Shown here piece after piece: positions 31,701 through 39,569 of a DNA stretch of 61,702 bases. The notes below the pieces were generated by a model. It was not told where the DNA came from, ran no database searches, and worked only from the letters and a program-made list of their open reading frames with translations. Numbering within the stretch: position 1 is the first letter of the stretch; each line of letters begins with the position of its first letter. The stretch covers positions 1 to 61,702 of the IMG/VR virus record IMGVR_UViG_3300048011_000479; one strand, given 5' to 3'. Origin of the DNA: a virus. Taxonomy: Duplodnaviria > Caudoviricetes. The position numbers and the translations under genes are program-made.

Positions 31701-34700
31701 AAATACTAAATCTTCTAACCTAATACGCTTACCTGTTTCAGAATAAACAATTTGATTTGCAATATTACGTTGTACACGCAGTCTATCAAATCCTAGTCCG
31801 ATAATTTTTGCAGGCTGTATTAACGTCCATGCTTTAAATAACGAGAACGCATATTCTGAACTTCTACGCCATGCTGTTTCTACTGGTGCTTCGTCACCAA
31901 ATACAAAGGTGCTACGGGTTAATCTGTTGACATAGTTTTTAGCATATCCGCTGTCTAACGGACTTAGCAAGTTACCTTGTGTATCAACTGGAACAAATGT
32001 TGTTAATCCCGGACGCTTGTATTTTTCAACTATTATGTTAACTGTGTCTGGTTGAGCAATAGTACCTTTTTCTAAGTCTTCCCACATCAACAAGTTATTG
32101 CTAGTGTATGGTGCTGCTCCGTATTTGTCTTCCCACCACGTTGGTTTAATACTAAACCCTAGCATTTCCCAAGGATGTGTATGAGGACGATCTGTGTCAA
32201 ATGCTTGCTTGTAAACTGCTCTCCAGTAACCAGGAAGTTTTTCACCTGTAGGGGAATTCATACTTCCGTAGTTGTATGTAAATCTATTTTCTCTTTCGTA
32301 GAAATCAAAGCCAGTATAGTCAACGTCTCCTACTGTGCTTAACCAAGATGCAAAGTCTTTGAGCATAACATTGTCAATTGCTTGTTTGGAAACTGTAGTA
32401 TTTCTATTAGCACTTGGAACAAAACTGTGTATGTCAATAACTGCTGTATCGTAATCTACACTTAGATTATTAAATATTCTTTTTTCAAATTCTAATAATA
32501 AGTCGTCTCTATAATCACCGTACGCTCTAGTTATAGAACCATCGTGTCCTTGGATAACTTCGGTAGGTGTAGTATATGTATTGTCAACAAATTTAGCAGG
32601 AATAAACTTTGGATACATACCAAGTTTAGTCGGAGTAGGCGGAACATAAGAACCGTCTGTATTTTCATATTCAAAAATTTGTATTACATCATCTTCAGTT
32701 AATGGTAGTTCAATTTCACAGAAACCGTCTGCGTTAAATGTATAATCTCTACCATATACTAATTGTTCGTCATTTATGTAAACTGTAACTGCTTTTACGC
32801 TCGGTGTTGTAATATCAAATATTTCATTTAGTGCATAAAACTTATTATTAGGTATACCATTATAAGTAATTGTTCTTGCGCCACCCGTTGGTACCATGTC
32901 ACTAAAGTAAAATGGCAGTGTGCTGGTTTTGTTTTTATTAAGTTCTTTAAAGATTAAATCTACGTGTGCTTTAGGAGTTCCGTCAAATCCTAATTCTGTA
33001 GCAGTTTGTAAAAACAATCTTTTAAATTTAGCATACTCGCGTCTTGCAAAATCAATTGCCTTAATAACGTTTGCACTTTTATCTGTTATGTGATAAAGAG
33101 ATAAGTTAATTGGTCCAGTGTGTTGTAAAAACTTACGACCGTACTGTGCAGGATTAGCAATGTCTCTTAAATTACCTGCACCTGGAAAGTTTCCAAAGAA
33201 GTTATCTGCTTCTTGCACAATACTCGAAACATGTTCGTTAACTTCACCTAGTGTAAATGTATTAACATCATTATTAAGTGGATTTCTTTCTAGATTTCCT
33301 GCTAATTCATATACGCCGTTAGCATTTTTAGTAGCAGACGAACGTGTTTTTAAAACTACAATATCATCTATTTCCAACGGATTATTAAATCTTACAACAG
33401 CATTTGTACCCGCTGTTACAATTTCAAAATCAGTTCCTTCAAATTTAAAATTATTATTAACAGTAACACGGATATTTAAATCTGTTAAATCTGCACTATT
33501 ATTATATACATCAACTGGATAGTCTGTTTGATTACGTACTGTAACATACTGTCTTAGAACACGCTGTGTGCTTTCTATATTAGCTTGTGTCCACCCATTT
33601 ATGTTAACAAATTCTTCTCTATTTACATGCTTGTGTAAAAAGCCGTTGTCGGTGCCAACTGTTACAGTTTCTAAATTATCGTTTGTATATGTAAACGAAC
33701 GTCTCAATAAGTCAAAGTTAAAAACAACGTCACCAATGTTTTCAATACTTCTATAACTTAGTGGAAATCCTAACTGTTCGTCGTCTGCACCTGCGCCAAC
33801 TGCATATGAAAAAATCATATTACCTCGGAACGTGCTATCGCTATAGTTAGCATAACTCACACCGTCAGCATCAAATAATTCAAATAGCGGTTGTTGATTG
33901 GCTGTATTCTTTTCTTGTGTTAGACTCCAAGTTTCGCCATCATACCAAAACATACGTCCTTGATAAGTTTCGCCACTTAGTGCTAATACTGTTTCATGTA
34001 GCTGCGGTGCAGAATCGTCTTCTTCAACAAGACTAATTTGTCTACGTCCTTTGTGTATAATAAATTTAACTTTAAATATTTTTCCTGCTTCACGAATATC
34101 TTCCTCAGCAGTAAACAATACACGCATACCGTCTACAAGTTCAACACCATCAATATTGTATCCTATTGACCCTTCGATAGTTGAAAATATATCTTTTGTA
34201 AATGTGTCAATTAGGTCTACGTTTACTTTGTTTACAGTACCAAAGTTCATTAACTTTAGATCTGCATTAAATTCTATAATTGGACGAGTAGCACGTTGTG
34301 CTTGATCAACATTTATAGTTTGTCCGTTTGCTTCTGCACTTGCTTGTATAACATCTTTGTGGAACCAGCGATTGTATCTGCTCCACATGTTTTTATCTAA
34401 ACTACCTCTGTTAATTACAATATAATCTTTTGTAGCAGGATAACCATTTGCATTAGCAAAAGGCAATCTATCAAATGCATTTGTATCAAAAGGTAAGTCT
34501 CTATTTTCTGTATAAGCACCTGGAATTTCTAAATCAGTTTCTTTAACTAATCTAATCGATGTTCCTACACCTTCTACATAAAAGTCGCCTTTGCTGTATA
34601 TTTCAGGAGTTACAAATCCAGCAAAAGAGATTTTCATTCCGTTTGATAAACTTAATCCGTCTTTAGTAGTGTAGCTAGTTTTACCTATTACTTCACGCTC

Positions 34701-35549
34701 AACATTAATTTCGGTATTTTCTTCAATGTCTTTAATTTGAATTAAACCACTATTATTAATGTCATTTTCTGCAACATAATATAATACTTCAGGAGTATCA
34801 TTTCTTACAGTTATTGTTATACTGCCTTTTTCGACACCCTGTGCGCTAACACCGTCATTGTAATTAAAACTTTCTTCAAGTGTTCTTTTTGTTTTAAATG
34901 TTAACGGATTACCTGGGGCAGTAATATCAAACGTATAAGTTTGTCCTCTATATAATATTAGAGTTGGATTGTTAACTAACTCGTCTGTGCTAAAGCTATA
35001 AGTGTTATTATCAACATTGTTAATTAAGTTTACTGCAATTGTACTTTGCACACCTCGACTTTGTCCAGCAATACGAACAGTTTGCGGACCATATGGTAGC
35101 CAATAGTATTCACGGAAGTTTGTAAAAGCGTCCCAATTAATATTGGCGTTCCAAGCGTAATATTCTTGCCCGTTAAGCACTTCTTGATTGTCTACATTTC
35201 CACCAAAACTTTTAATTTGATTCAAGTAATCGTTATAGTCTTTATAAAAAGTAACATTATCTAAATCGTCTTTGATTAGTGTAACAGGTTCAAATTGATA
35301 ATTTTCACGTTGATCAGAAACATCGCCGACATAGTTGTCGTCAGCATTATATGCTTTTGAAATTGTTCTTCCGTAATATCCGTTTAGTTTTTCTGCAACA
35401 CCAGGTTGTGTTAATTGGTCTAATGTAGACTGTAAAAACTTTTTGTTAGCATCTGTTCTAAAAAACTTAGGTAGAAACTTTTCACTTTTTCTATCCGACT
35501 TTCCGTCTGCTGGTAACGGATATTCTTGTTGATCGTTATCGTAAGCCAT
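19737..35549 (-). CDS. giant (5270 aa) baseplate wedge/structural protein in the gp7 position
   Basis: Uninterrupted ORF directly after gp6-like; FG-GAP-like propeller repeats, CBM5/12-like repeats, GSGY..P.V.I.GGGG repeats, VKPYKTKIRE motif. Confidence 0.75.
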   Translation of the reverse strand: MAYDNDQQEYPLPADGKSDRKSEKFLPKFFRTDANKKFLQSTLDQLTQPGVAEKLNGYYGRTISKAYNADDNYVGDVSDQRENYQFEPVTLIKDDLDNVTFYKDYNDYLNQIKSFGGNVDNQEVLNGQEYYAWNANINWDAFTNFREYYWLPYGPQTVRIAGQSRGVQSTIAVNLINNVDNNTYSFSTDELVNNPTLILYRGQTYTFDITAPGNPLTFKTKRTLEESFNYNDGVSAQGVEKGSITITVRNDTPEVLYYVAENDINNSGLIQIKDIEENTEINVEREVIGKTSYTTKDGLSLSNGMKISFAGFVTPEIYSKGDFYVEGVGTSIRLVKETDLEIPGAYTENRDLPFDTNAFDRLPFANANGYPATKDYIVINRGSLDKNMWSRYNRWFHKDVIQASAEANGQTINVDQAQRATRPIIEFNADLKLMNFGTVNKVNVDLIDTFTKDIFSTIEGSIGYNIDGVELVDGMRVLFTAEEDIREAGKIFKVKFIIHKGRRQISLVEEDDSAPQLHETVLALSGETYQGRMFWYDGETWSLTQEKNTANQQPLFELFDADGVSYANYSDSTFRGNMIFSYAVGAGADDEQLGFPLSYRSIENIGDVVFNFDLLRRSFTYTNDNLETVTVGTDNGFLHKHVNREEFVNINGWTQANIESTQRVLRQYVTVRNQTDYPVDVYNNSADLTDLNIRVTVNNNFKFEGTDFEIVTAGTNAVVRFNNPLEIDDIVVLKTRSSATKNANGVYELAGNLERNPLNNDVNTFTLGEVNEHVSSIVQEADNFFGNFPGAGNLRDIANPAQYGRKFLQHTGPINLSLYHITDKSANVIKAIDFARREYAKFKRLFLQTATELGFDGTPKAHVDLIFKELNKNKTSTLPFYFSDMVPTGGARTITYNGIPNNKFYALNEIFDITTPSVKAVTVYINDEQLVYGRDYTFNADGFCEIELPLTEDDVIQIFEYENTDGSYVPPTPTKLGMYPKFIPAKFVDNTYTTPTEVIQGHDGSITRAYGDYRDDLLLEFEKRIFNNLSVDYDTAVIDIHSFVPSANRNTTVSKQAIDNVMLKDFASWLSTVGDVDYTGFDFYERENRFTYNYGSMNSPTGEKLPGYWRAVYKQAFDTDRPHTHPWEMLGFSIKPTWWEDKYGAAPYTSNNLLMWEDLEKGTIAQPDTVNIIVEKYKRPGLTTFVPVDTQGNLLSPLDSGYAKNYVNRLTRSTFVFGDEAPVETAWRRSSEYAFSLFKAWTLIQPAKIIGLGFDRLRVQRNIANQIVYSETGKRIRLEDLVFPNNSTLETRSRTYTSGFVNLIANYLASNILVNYEDYQNNVKRISNQMAFKIGGFTDKSKFNLILDSRTPLSQGNVFVPDENYEVILQTSSPIELVAYSGVVIEKATSGYIIRGYDSTNPSFKYYNYQSNEKDPTVNVGGISDNFIEWDNNKRYIEGVIVRYDGQFYRTKIAHTSTQVFDASNFVRLPFLPEVGGRSAVFRTKFDRVFPQELPYGTLLRTTQEVVDFLIGYGEHLKDQGFVFDNFNGELESVENWKLSAKEFMFWTLQNWDAGALITLSPSADKIQFKRDSAVVDNVFDTFYDYGLVKADGSKLKQEFCNIFRQDDNTFVLTLKNTADGIYALKLPLVQTEHVVLLDNETEFKDVIYDPEPGYRQERIRVLGYRTADWTGGLNIPGFVYDQAQVFEWTPYKDYAIGDVVKYKEFYYTATSKVSGTKDFKSSSWYRLAEKPTSGLIPNLEYKTNQFADFYDLDTDNFDVNQQEIAQHLIGYQKRDYLANIINDDVSQYKFYQGMIQDKGTRNALTKLFDALGAADKESLEFYEEWAVRVGQYGAADGFEEVEYILDEEEMDLSPQPVLLTDDIAGDEGDLVHRIPSSDVYVKSNHYNHTPFPTRYVSDTPIKTAGYVRDTDVQFIATLKEDILGADIADVAEGDYIWVTFEGQDWNVYKHVDTQFIVVSAVPADSNQAELVLNKIHNFNIGDYIGIKNVVELDGFYEVLDINLNRVTIDLGDGVLATEETGLSGVVSTLLSNRVAKLEDANKYAETDISPDELIWVDSVDSDNKWAVLKASTAYNFDEDIYNPNSSDTFGDSLATDADNNFVAVGAPTDGEGKVHIYKREQDGSTVYGTLQSHQTLEPITNFDNGASKFGDSVTMSPDGKYIVVGAPEATYVKSAFKDNFNFATDYKLGAIVQYNGGLYKSRRRVFGRTDNIVFGTFDSVSRWRSELYKQHNNYLDFPVITTGDYPLNDVTTDHILVRAPADAYQGSNIGDAVYFNWNDITEAYINNEGIEIVGLDMGNPVKLTTNKDHGLVDGDQIVLTDFPNDNLTFRNDIYDNSDVNTPFDTLEQQGVKGFEGFTYYVKKTLDQQVELYRDAELTVKVNGTVGFTGTPIGAAANNFNLGDGTVQGIIRKINIPFSGKQNEITKEFLTETVHTIRRKVEEVFYIVDPVNIPNIPVTITTTGSIPTENIAVGDILGQENNTVFATVNKINGNTIEVINVSGIFKTTGNLLNKTVEDSNSWIDLGASTVPTDISALISTGTRITTETGNATVVYIRKELGRLVIYANDKNGVFAPSGQLYIDDQFLIGDYERPLHDAVNRSDVLGGYWEIATDNSYIPGDITSDNAYGLVISDIKNGYNPNTFSNPDAAWKESSTRLPYKSSVQNTFDNPVQLVEDQPFQKEVDLIRVLSHRSQGIGGDVNEVDVLSDKWIVRLPKSVSDKSQTDPTTSIGVFLNDVREQDGSIVDLSDRGFGDNPYSIINNVQTPYELWDGYIDIDISQTGGNEFDLVPGDKVREGDTGPTAIVTYYQRDLDKVRIYVKDVAGTFTIGSRYGFANKYINKEVGSNRNRFGTIESRQLADDDIGKLAVFQHTENLAIPPKLEYPVTSQTDEIADYETKFITGIEYQTWIEEFKPGLPRNTLAPSTENNDWAEVDNIPINVGRDASTFIREGAFFVYEHNVETDKYDLVNGYILPNRENNRRLASEIKLINNGDFYKLVVNSGENHINDTDVEGGAGRLYFVVHGSNQFGEYNWQLGKNQNFKGVYSNTDSYYEGQIVIYNDVFYKALTNLGNEEFNTSKWQLLSDHVDFVGYLPNTSGYVFPGDDSSIVDLNTSNFGRTFDISEKGNVLATIAEYDDENKLIIYSLADNHFEYKTEFTAPVDSKGFGSQIAVSNNGNLIAVSAPETDAENLLQGKVYVYKNTGGTFSLHQTLESPNKELAEGFGLRVGFDGNQLIVSGSTSDIVLETTFDRYLNRDPDSEDKFNSKYVNDPQRELSVGQTTFDNGFTTYVSSIQDSGIVYLYENVNDSLIFGQKLKYNNFNVENFGKNAIVQDNAILVGLPTLEGGKVAVYIKDADTQVWSMHREPVVPVDVDKMRGSFVYDTNKNLMLSRLDIIDPILGKVAGIAEQEISYKTYYDPANYNVGNESTKEALTVWAQEQVGKIWWDLSTVKFVDYHQGDILYSSNIWGNLAQGASIDVYEWVESRVIPSQWDVRANTNQGVASGYSGQTLYGDTRYVQKDIYDNISQSFSQRYYFWVKDTRIVPNVANRNKTAFDIANIIRDPAGQQLRFVTILGNDRFVVHNTNKLTNEKDVAINFRYWTIDNQDNNIHTEYQIITDGLDTSRPKSVIEEKWFDSLVGADKYHREVPDPTLSVKQKYGNQLKPRQGWFVNRQEALKQFIERVNRVLADELAVDSLNINKLFEKDPIPSELSGVYDTAVDTEEELRLVGTVRAETAVLQPVIVDGTVTSVNIVNAGRGYRLPPKIEFEGTGEDLELRANINVIGAITSVDVVNGGTNYQDTLTLTVRALSALVRADSTLAGAWAIYAWNNTTRSWNKSVQQYYNVADYWNYKDWYAEGYSSLTSVDFLIDDYYQLNIIDDAIGDIVKISDVGAGGWILLEKIVNIDTPDYTTGYRTIGRQNGTVEFLDKLYTQTGGDTELRKILETIRDDLFVDKLANEYNQLFFASLRYVLSEQNYADWLFKTSFIKAKHNVGELVEKTTFQNDNLPSFEAYVEEVKPYKTKIREYLSAYDKLDNTQSVLTDFELSPFYDPQRGEIISPKVTINEGVLSDINFNVDVYPQKHWIDNFTYEVEEILIKDGGSGYSEVPLVTISGGGGTGATARAFIGSGSVKSIVVDNPGSGYTSVPTVNIEGTQADGGTQPRVSVVLGNKKIRTLNVKQKFDRTTPDYEILVLKESETFVSTGTELKLRLKYPMDLTRANVSVVINGVEALDSEYSYNNESSISSDKTHTHDLGYILLEQSRVAGTTIVVTYNKSYEMLSAADRTKLLYNPETGQYGTDLGQLMDGIDYGGVEVRGFEFGQDLGFDSQPWYTTSWDSYDETFDDESFPTTGVQTSFTLSKPLEENSLYNVYINATRVDDPNYDGSTKTYLAEDGSTVLALGNPNALMKSLTTNSGEYEVTTGANGAPVYTINIENVAEWEEYFTFDGNPITPTITIRKSSSDGSFLPSGAGFDSLIEGGNLQYGTATGLDAGDITIDGDGFITPTTSKGPEELIPGQMHDTLDLKVFDRVADGGSVMSNRNYTATALQTEFDLDILPHNIFSLFVKVNGSMLTDSDYNVDLAQKKITLTNALNAGDRVNISSMSGNGENILDIDNFIGDGNTRVFVTNSVYRDDLQSYITVNGLTATVALFETDATYGDRQGLVALEFSTAPDNDAFIYYALYDTNESTVQRYSATNVNRFIGDGSTVGFELAPEPSSKLPLSHNVIVKVDDTILYPGYTQQWYIVPDRNYQLDTSQWAGSSLAPDLVDVYLNGRKLKLLSDYNWDFANTQVILFDNVGETGDDLEVVVPSTADYAFSKNTRLGLSQTTGTFEVGETITIGYPDSTQFTATVKSYSTNLLTIIGTLPGLEQLVDADDTIPIEGQTSGASTNIVQDVDLIEAGDNLVINTAPAEGTVIDIFTFARHELQDIQMETKTNVSRRVLTIGSEDYYEAHRRGKGLIELREPALDAAYIWVVLNGTLLTANRDYKLVKLDSYVQITRPLEANDIIQVIHFAAPKSNEKFGFRMFKDMLNRTNYKRLNKNNVYTLAQELNITDKQIVLADASNITIPDVDANNPGVLFIEGERIEYFQVAGNTLSQLRRGTLGTGSRTVYEEGTEIMDQSDKETVPYRDRMISLIALEDESTQIVLDWLPTKGVDEFEIFVGGKRLRKNAIAAYQFQKVDENGNLVTGLIDKDSPEGDTTLDAEFTLTIENDVAIVELAEKPATNSRTLIVRKVGKLWQIPGQQLRYSDNPVAQFIRGATTDLPK

Positions 35550-38500
35550 TAATAACTAGTGCCTCCGCTTGTACCTTGACTAATAATAGTTCCTGTTGAA
35601 CTTGTAACACCTGATTGTGCTGCTGTTGCTTCGTCTGCATATATTGCGCCTGTTGCTTTTAATTTAGATGCAGTCAACGAAGATACAATTTCTATGTTTT
35701 CTACCGTTGCCGAACTTACAAATATTTCATCTGCTTCTGAGTTAACTTCAAACATACTACCAAACGATAAACTTTCCTGCAATGGAACAATTACAAATGC
35801 CGATAAGTTTGGTGCTAACTGACTCATTACATATGTACTAAGTTCTGTAAAGTAGAATGTATCGCCAAACTCCCAATTTTCAATTGCAAAAAATTCATTA
35901 ATAGCAGTAATCACACTTGCTTTAATTTCATTGTCATTTACAACACGATTAGGATTCTTAACTATTTTAAATGTTGCTTTCAAATCTTCTGTCGAGTCCT
36001 TTCCAAACAGTACTTTGTACTTAACCGGATGATAAATTACTTCGTCACTGATTGATTTAATTGAATTAATTTCTTCACCAAAGTTAACAAATAGTGCATC
36101 ACTACTCGGAGCTAAAGGTTTAGTAGTTGTAGAACCCTGTAAATATTGTCTAAACTGTGTATCATATTGTTTGGTTAGCATATACACATCAATAATATTC
36201 GAACTGCTTGGATCTATTCTGTTGCTTTCGTCAGCAGCATGTTCATATTGGAAAATAATATCGTCTCTGCCTTCATAAGCACGATAGTTTACAATAAGTT
36301 GTAGAGTTTCTGTGTCTGTATTATATTGTTTAAAAATATTTTTATCAATCATATAAAATACAGACCCATCTGCATAACTTGATATGCCGTTGTCAATAAC
36401 TTCTTGCTCATTTAATACAACTTGTATAAGCTCGTCTGTAGCATCAACATAACGGAAGTCGTCAACATTGTCTGTTGTTGTATATTGTTTTAAGAAAATA
36501 AATTTTTCTTTTTCATTTGTAGTAACAAACTTAGTAAATATTTCTGGATCGTCTACAACACCGTCATCGTCTGAATCAAAAAATCCAATCTCAATTTTTT
36601 TGCTATCAATATATCCTTCTTTGTCTCTATATTCTGCAATTATTTCCCAATCAAACGGAACAGTAAAAGGAGTCAATGCATATCCAGATCCAGTTGGAGT
36701 TCTATTAATACTCATTAAAGAAATTTTATCTTTAACAATTGTATTTGTTTGTGGGTCATAAACTTTATCAGTGCTGTCATAATAAAATCTTATTTCTTTG
36801 TCACTTTCGAATACATAACGCTGTCCACGTGATGTAATTGTATATGTTTCTCCGTCTGTTTGAAACAACAGTGTCCAACTTGCATCTAAGTTTTGATTTG
36901 TTAAGTCACCAGTTTTACCAGTACTAAATGCTGATGCTGTATCTAAGTTAGTATCTAATACAACACGCCAGGTTGACGTGTTAAAGTCATAACGTAATCC
37001 GAATGTTTTGTATGTAAACACTTGATCAATAATTTGTGTTTGAATTTGTGTTTCGATACCTGTTACAAACACTGGTTTAATTTCTGTAAGACGAGGTGCT
37101 GTGTTTAAGTCACCATTTAGTGGTCCTGGAATAACATCGTTAAGAATAATAGGTCCTAATCCGTCATTAGTATTATTAATACCCGAGCCGTTAACACTTA
37201 CAACCTTTACCCATTTGTAAGTAGTAGCACCTGGATGATCAGCGGCGCCTTCCATAATGGTTCCATTAGGCATAAAGTGATAGCCCTGAGGGGTTACAAA
37301 TTTTAGCATTGATCCTGGTTCTAAGTATTGTAACGTTGATCCTGTGAACGTACCTGCTCTTAATTTAGATGCATCTCCGTCACTAATAAACCCCGTTGAT
37401 AAATTTTGTGCTTTAGAAACTTGGTTCCATCTTGCGCCTAAGTCGCCAACTAATATTTTAGAAAATCTTGAATAATAAAAATTCTTAGTTTTGTAATCAC
37501 CTAAAATTCTTTCTATTTGATTCTTAATTACACCTTCAATATCTGTTCTTGTGTTAAAGGTAAAATTTTCTTTACTAGTAAGATATTGTGTGTAAATTAC
37601 GCCATCTTTACCATATAAGTTTGTTTTACTATATTTTCCAGTAGCATCTAATAAATCATAATATCTTGATATTCCACTAGATGTTCTATTAACACTTTTT
37701 ACTTTAAGTATTTCTTGACTAACTGCAAGAGGAGCAATATTGTAATCTTCTCCTGTAACCATTCTATTTTGTGTATAATATGTTGCAGGAGCATTTGCTT
37801 TAATTTCTGCATTTGTTTCACTAGTAGTGCCGTTATCAATTGTATACTTTAATTCTAAGCCAATAGTTAATCTTTCACTTGTTCCTGCTTTGCTTTGATA
37901 AGGTATACTAATTGTAATGTTTATCATTTCATCAGGAGAAATTACATAACTTCTATTTTCACTTACACGATAATACACTTTAAACGAACCTTTTGGTAGC
38001 TCACCAAAAGTTCCATCTGAGAATATTAAACTAATTCTGTCTTCAACTCTAGTTAATACACTATAAATGTTTCTAATGTTTTTACTTAGACTATTGTAAA
38101 CAATGTTGTTGCCTTCAACAGCATCAACTTTTGACCATAGTTCAGTTTCGTTACCAATACTATCTAATTTGTACAGCCAGGTGTCAGTGTTGTTTACATT
38201 AACTGCGTCTAATGATACTACTTGGTTAGTAGATGGATTAGCTACATTAAAGTTTCCTTGATCTAATCTGCCTTGACGGAAGTGTGCAAAGAACCCTGTG
38301 TTCGAACTGCCGGCGCCTTGGCCGTCATCTCTATAAAGAAATGCAAAGTTATTGCCCGGTAAAGGTGCTTCTTCAGTTATTGCATCATTTTCAATGCTAG
38401 TTGATACTATTTCAAACTGTGTATTTTTACCGTCAACATTTTTGCTAAATCCGAAAATAGGAATGTCAGTATTTGTGCCGTTTACTCTGTATTGTTCGGC

Positions 38501-39049
38501 ACTTATGCCATTTACTGTTCCTGTTTTTACAGGACGGCCATATACCGAGTTTGCAGGTAACGCTGAATTTAAAATTTTAATGAACTGTTCGTACCAATCT
38601 TGATTTGAAATGTCATTCCAAAGAACAGTTTGTCCAGATAGGTTTGTGCCATTAGAATCGTAAAGCTCTTCTGTTGTACTTACAGATTCAAACTTTAGCA
38701 AACCGTTTGCTGCTTGGTTACGTTTAGGATTATAGGAAAGCAATCTTGCTAAACGTAATACACTCTCACGGCGTTCTGCTAATTCTAAGAAGTTTTCTCT
38801 AGCATTCAAGTCAATGCGATAGCTAATGTTTTGGCCTAGGAAAGCAATAAGGTCAATTAGTGCTAAGTATTCGCTTGATTCAATGTAATCGTTAAAATCT
38901 TCTGGATAGTTTTGGCGTAAATAGCCAATCATAGTTCTGCGTAAATTGTCAAAGTCATAGCTTTGGAAATCTGCATTGCGGAAGGTTTGGTATACTCTTT
39001 TCCAATCTTCAGCTAATAATAATCTGTTTTGTCTGTCTGTACTTGACAT
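35549..39049 (-). CDS. gp6: baseplate wedge subunit, gp6-like
   Basis: DFDNLR..Y...DF.DY.ESS...LID..A, ARENFL..A.RRESV..LA..L.Y.P, FSDG.FG..P, TQNRMVTGEDY. Confidence 0.85.
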   Translation of the reverse strand: MSSTDRQNRLLLAEDWKRVYQTFRNADFQSYDFDNLRRTMIGYLRQNYPEDFNDYIESSEYLALIDLIAFLGQNISYRIDLNARENFLELAERRESVLRLARLLSYNPKRNQAANGLLKFESVSTTEELYDSNGTNLSGQTVLWNDISNQDWYEQFIKILNSALPANSVYGRPVKTGTVNGISAEQYRVNGTNTDIPIFGFSKNVDGKNTQFEIVSTSIENDAITEEAPLPGNNFAFLYRDDGQGAGSSNTGFFAHFRQGRLDQGNFNVANPSTNQVVSLDAVNVNNTDTWLYKLDSIGNETELWSKVDAVEGNNIVYNSLSKNIRNIYSVLTRVEDRISLIFSDGTFGELPKGSFKVYYRVSENRSYVISPDEMINITISIPYQSKAGTSERLTIGLELKYTIDNGTTSETNAEIKANAPATYYTQNRMVTGEDYNIAPLAVSQEILKVKSVNRTSSGISRYYDLLDATGKYSKTNLYGKDGVIYTQYLTSKENFTFNTRTDIEGVIKNQIERILGDYKTKNFYYSRFSKILVGDLGARWNQVSKAQNLSTGFISDGDASKLRAGTFTGSTLQYLEPGSMLKFVTPQGYHFMPNGTIMEGAADHPGATTYKWVKVVSVNGSGINNTNDGLGPIILNDVIPGPLNGDLNTAPRLTEIKPVFVTGIETQIQTQIIDQVFTYKTFGLRYDFNTSTWRVVLDTNLDTASAFSTGKTGDLTNQNLDASWTLLFQTDGETYTITSRGQRYVFESDKEIRFYYDSTDKVYDPQTNTIVKDKISLMSINRTPTGSGYALTPFTVPFDWEIIAEYRDKEGYIDSKKIEIGFFDSDDDGVVDDPEIFTKFVTTNEKEKFIFLKQYTTTDNVDDFRYVDATDELIQVVLNEQEVIDNGISSYADGSVFYMIDKNIFKQYNTDTETLQLIVNYRAYEGRDDIIFQYEHAADESNRIDPSSSNIIDVYMLTKQYDTQFRQYLQGSTTTKPLAPSSDALFVNFGEEINSIKSISDEVIYHPVKYKVLFGKDSTEDLKATFKIVKNPNRVVNDNEIKASVITAINEFFAIENWEFGDTFYFTELSTYVMSQLAPNLSAFVIVPLQESLSFGSMFEVNSEADEIFVSSATVENIEIVSSLTASKLKATGAIYADEATAAQSGVTSSTGTIISQGTSGGTSY

Positions 39050-39074
39050 ACTTGCTTTCCTTTATTTGATACAG

Positions 39075-39081
39075 TATTTAT
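39075..39081 (-). promoter_or_regulatory. late promoter
   Basis: ATAAATA on the - strand upstream of gp6-like. Confidence 0.6.
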
Positions 39082-39090
39082 TAAGATTAG

Positions 39091-39106
39091 AAAAGTGCGT
39101 ACTTAA
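39091..39106. promoter_or_regulatory. operator-like motif copy
   Basis: Reverse complement TTAAG-TACGCA-CTTTT. Confidence 0.5.
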
Positions 39107-39113
39107 TTCTATA

Positions 39114-39557
39114 CTATGCTATTGCGTTATCTTCATCAAATTTTAGTCGCATACTTTCTGAAATATTATATGGCAAATATGTAAGCGTACACTCGATTAA
39201 AATACCACTTTCATAAGTGTCTACTGTTACTTGTTCAACTTGTACTCTTGGATCGTAATTAATAAGATCTGTAACATTGTTAGCAATAGCATCTCTTAAT
39301 GCGTCAGTCATAGGTTCAAACAATACATCCCAAATGATTGTTCCAAACCCAGGGTTTTCTAATTTTTCGCCTACTCTAATATGGAAATGGTTAATAATAT
39401 CTTGTTTAATTAGAGCAATGTCATAGAGATTAAAACTATTACTATCGTTATTAACAGTTGAAATGCCCTTATAAGCACGACTTTCTACTGGTGCAGAAGG
39501 ACGTTTATTTGATTTTATTTCAATTTCTTTGTATAACTTTTTTTCTTGTGTGCTCAT
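39114..39557 (-). CDS. gp25: baseplate wedge subunit, gp25-like
   Basis: LIKQDIINHF.IR.GEKL.NP.FGT.IWD.LFEP, YDPRV. Confidence 0.88.
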   Translation of the reverse strand: MSTQEKKLYKEIEIKSNKRPSAPVESRAYKGISTVNNDSNSFNLYDIALIKQDIINHFHIRVGEKLENPGFGTIIWDVLFEPMTDALRDAIANNVTDLINYDPRVQVEQVTVDTYESGILIECTLTYLPYNISESMRLKFDEDNAIA

Positions 39558-39561
39558 AACG

Positions 39562-39568
39562 TATTTAC
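39562..39568 (-). promoter_or_regulatory. late promoter, probable leaderless transcript
   Basis: GTAAATA 4 nt before the gp25-like ATG. Confidence 0.5.
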
Positions 39569-39569
39569 C

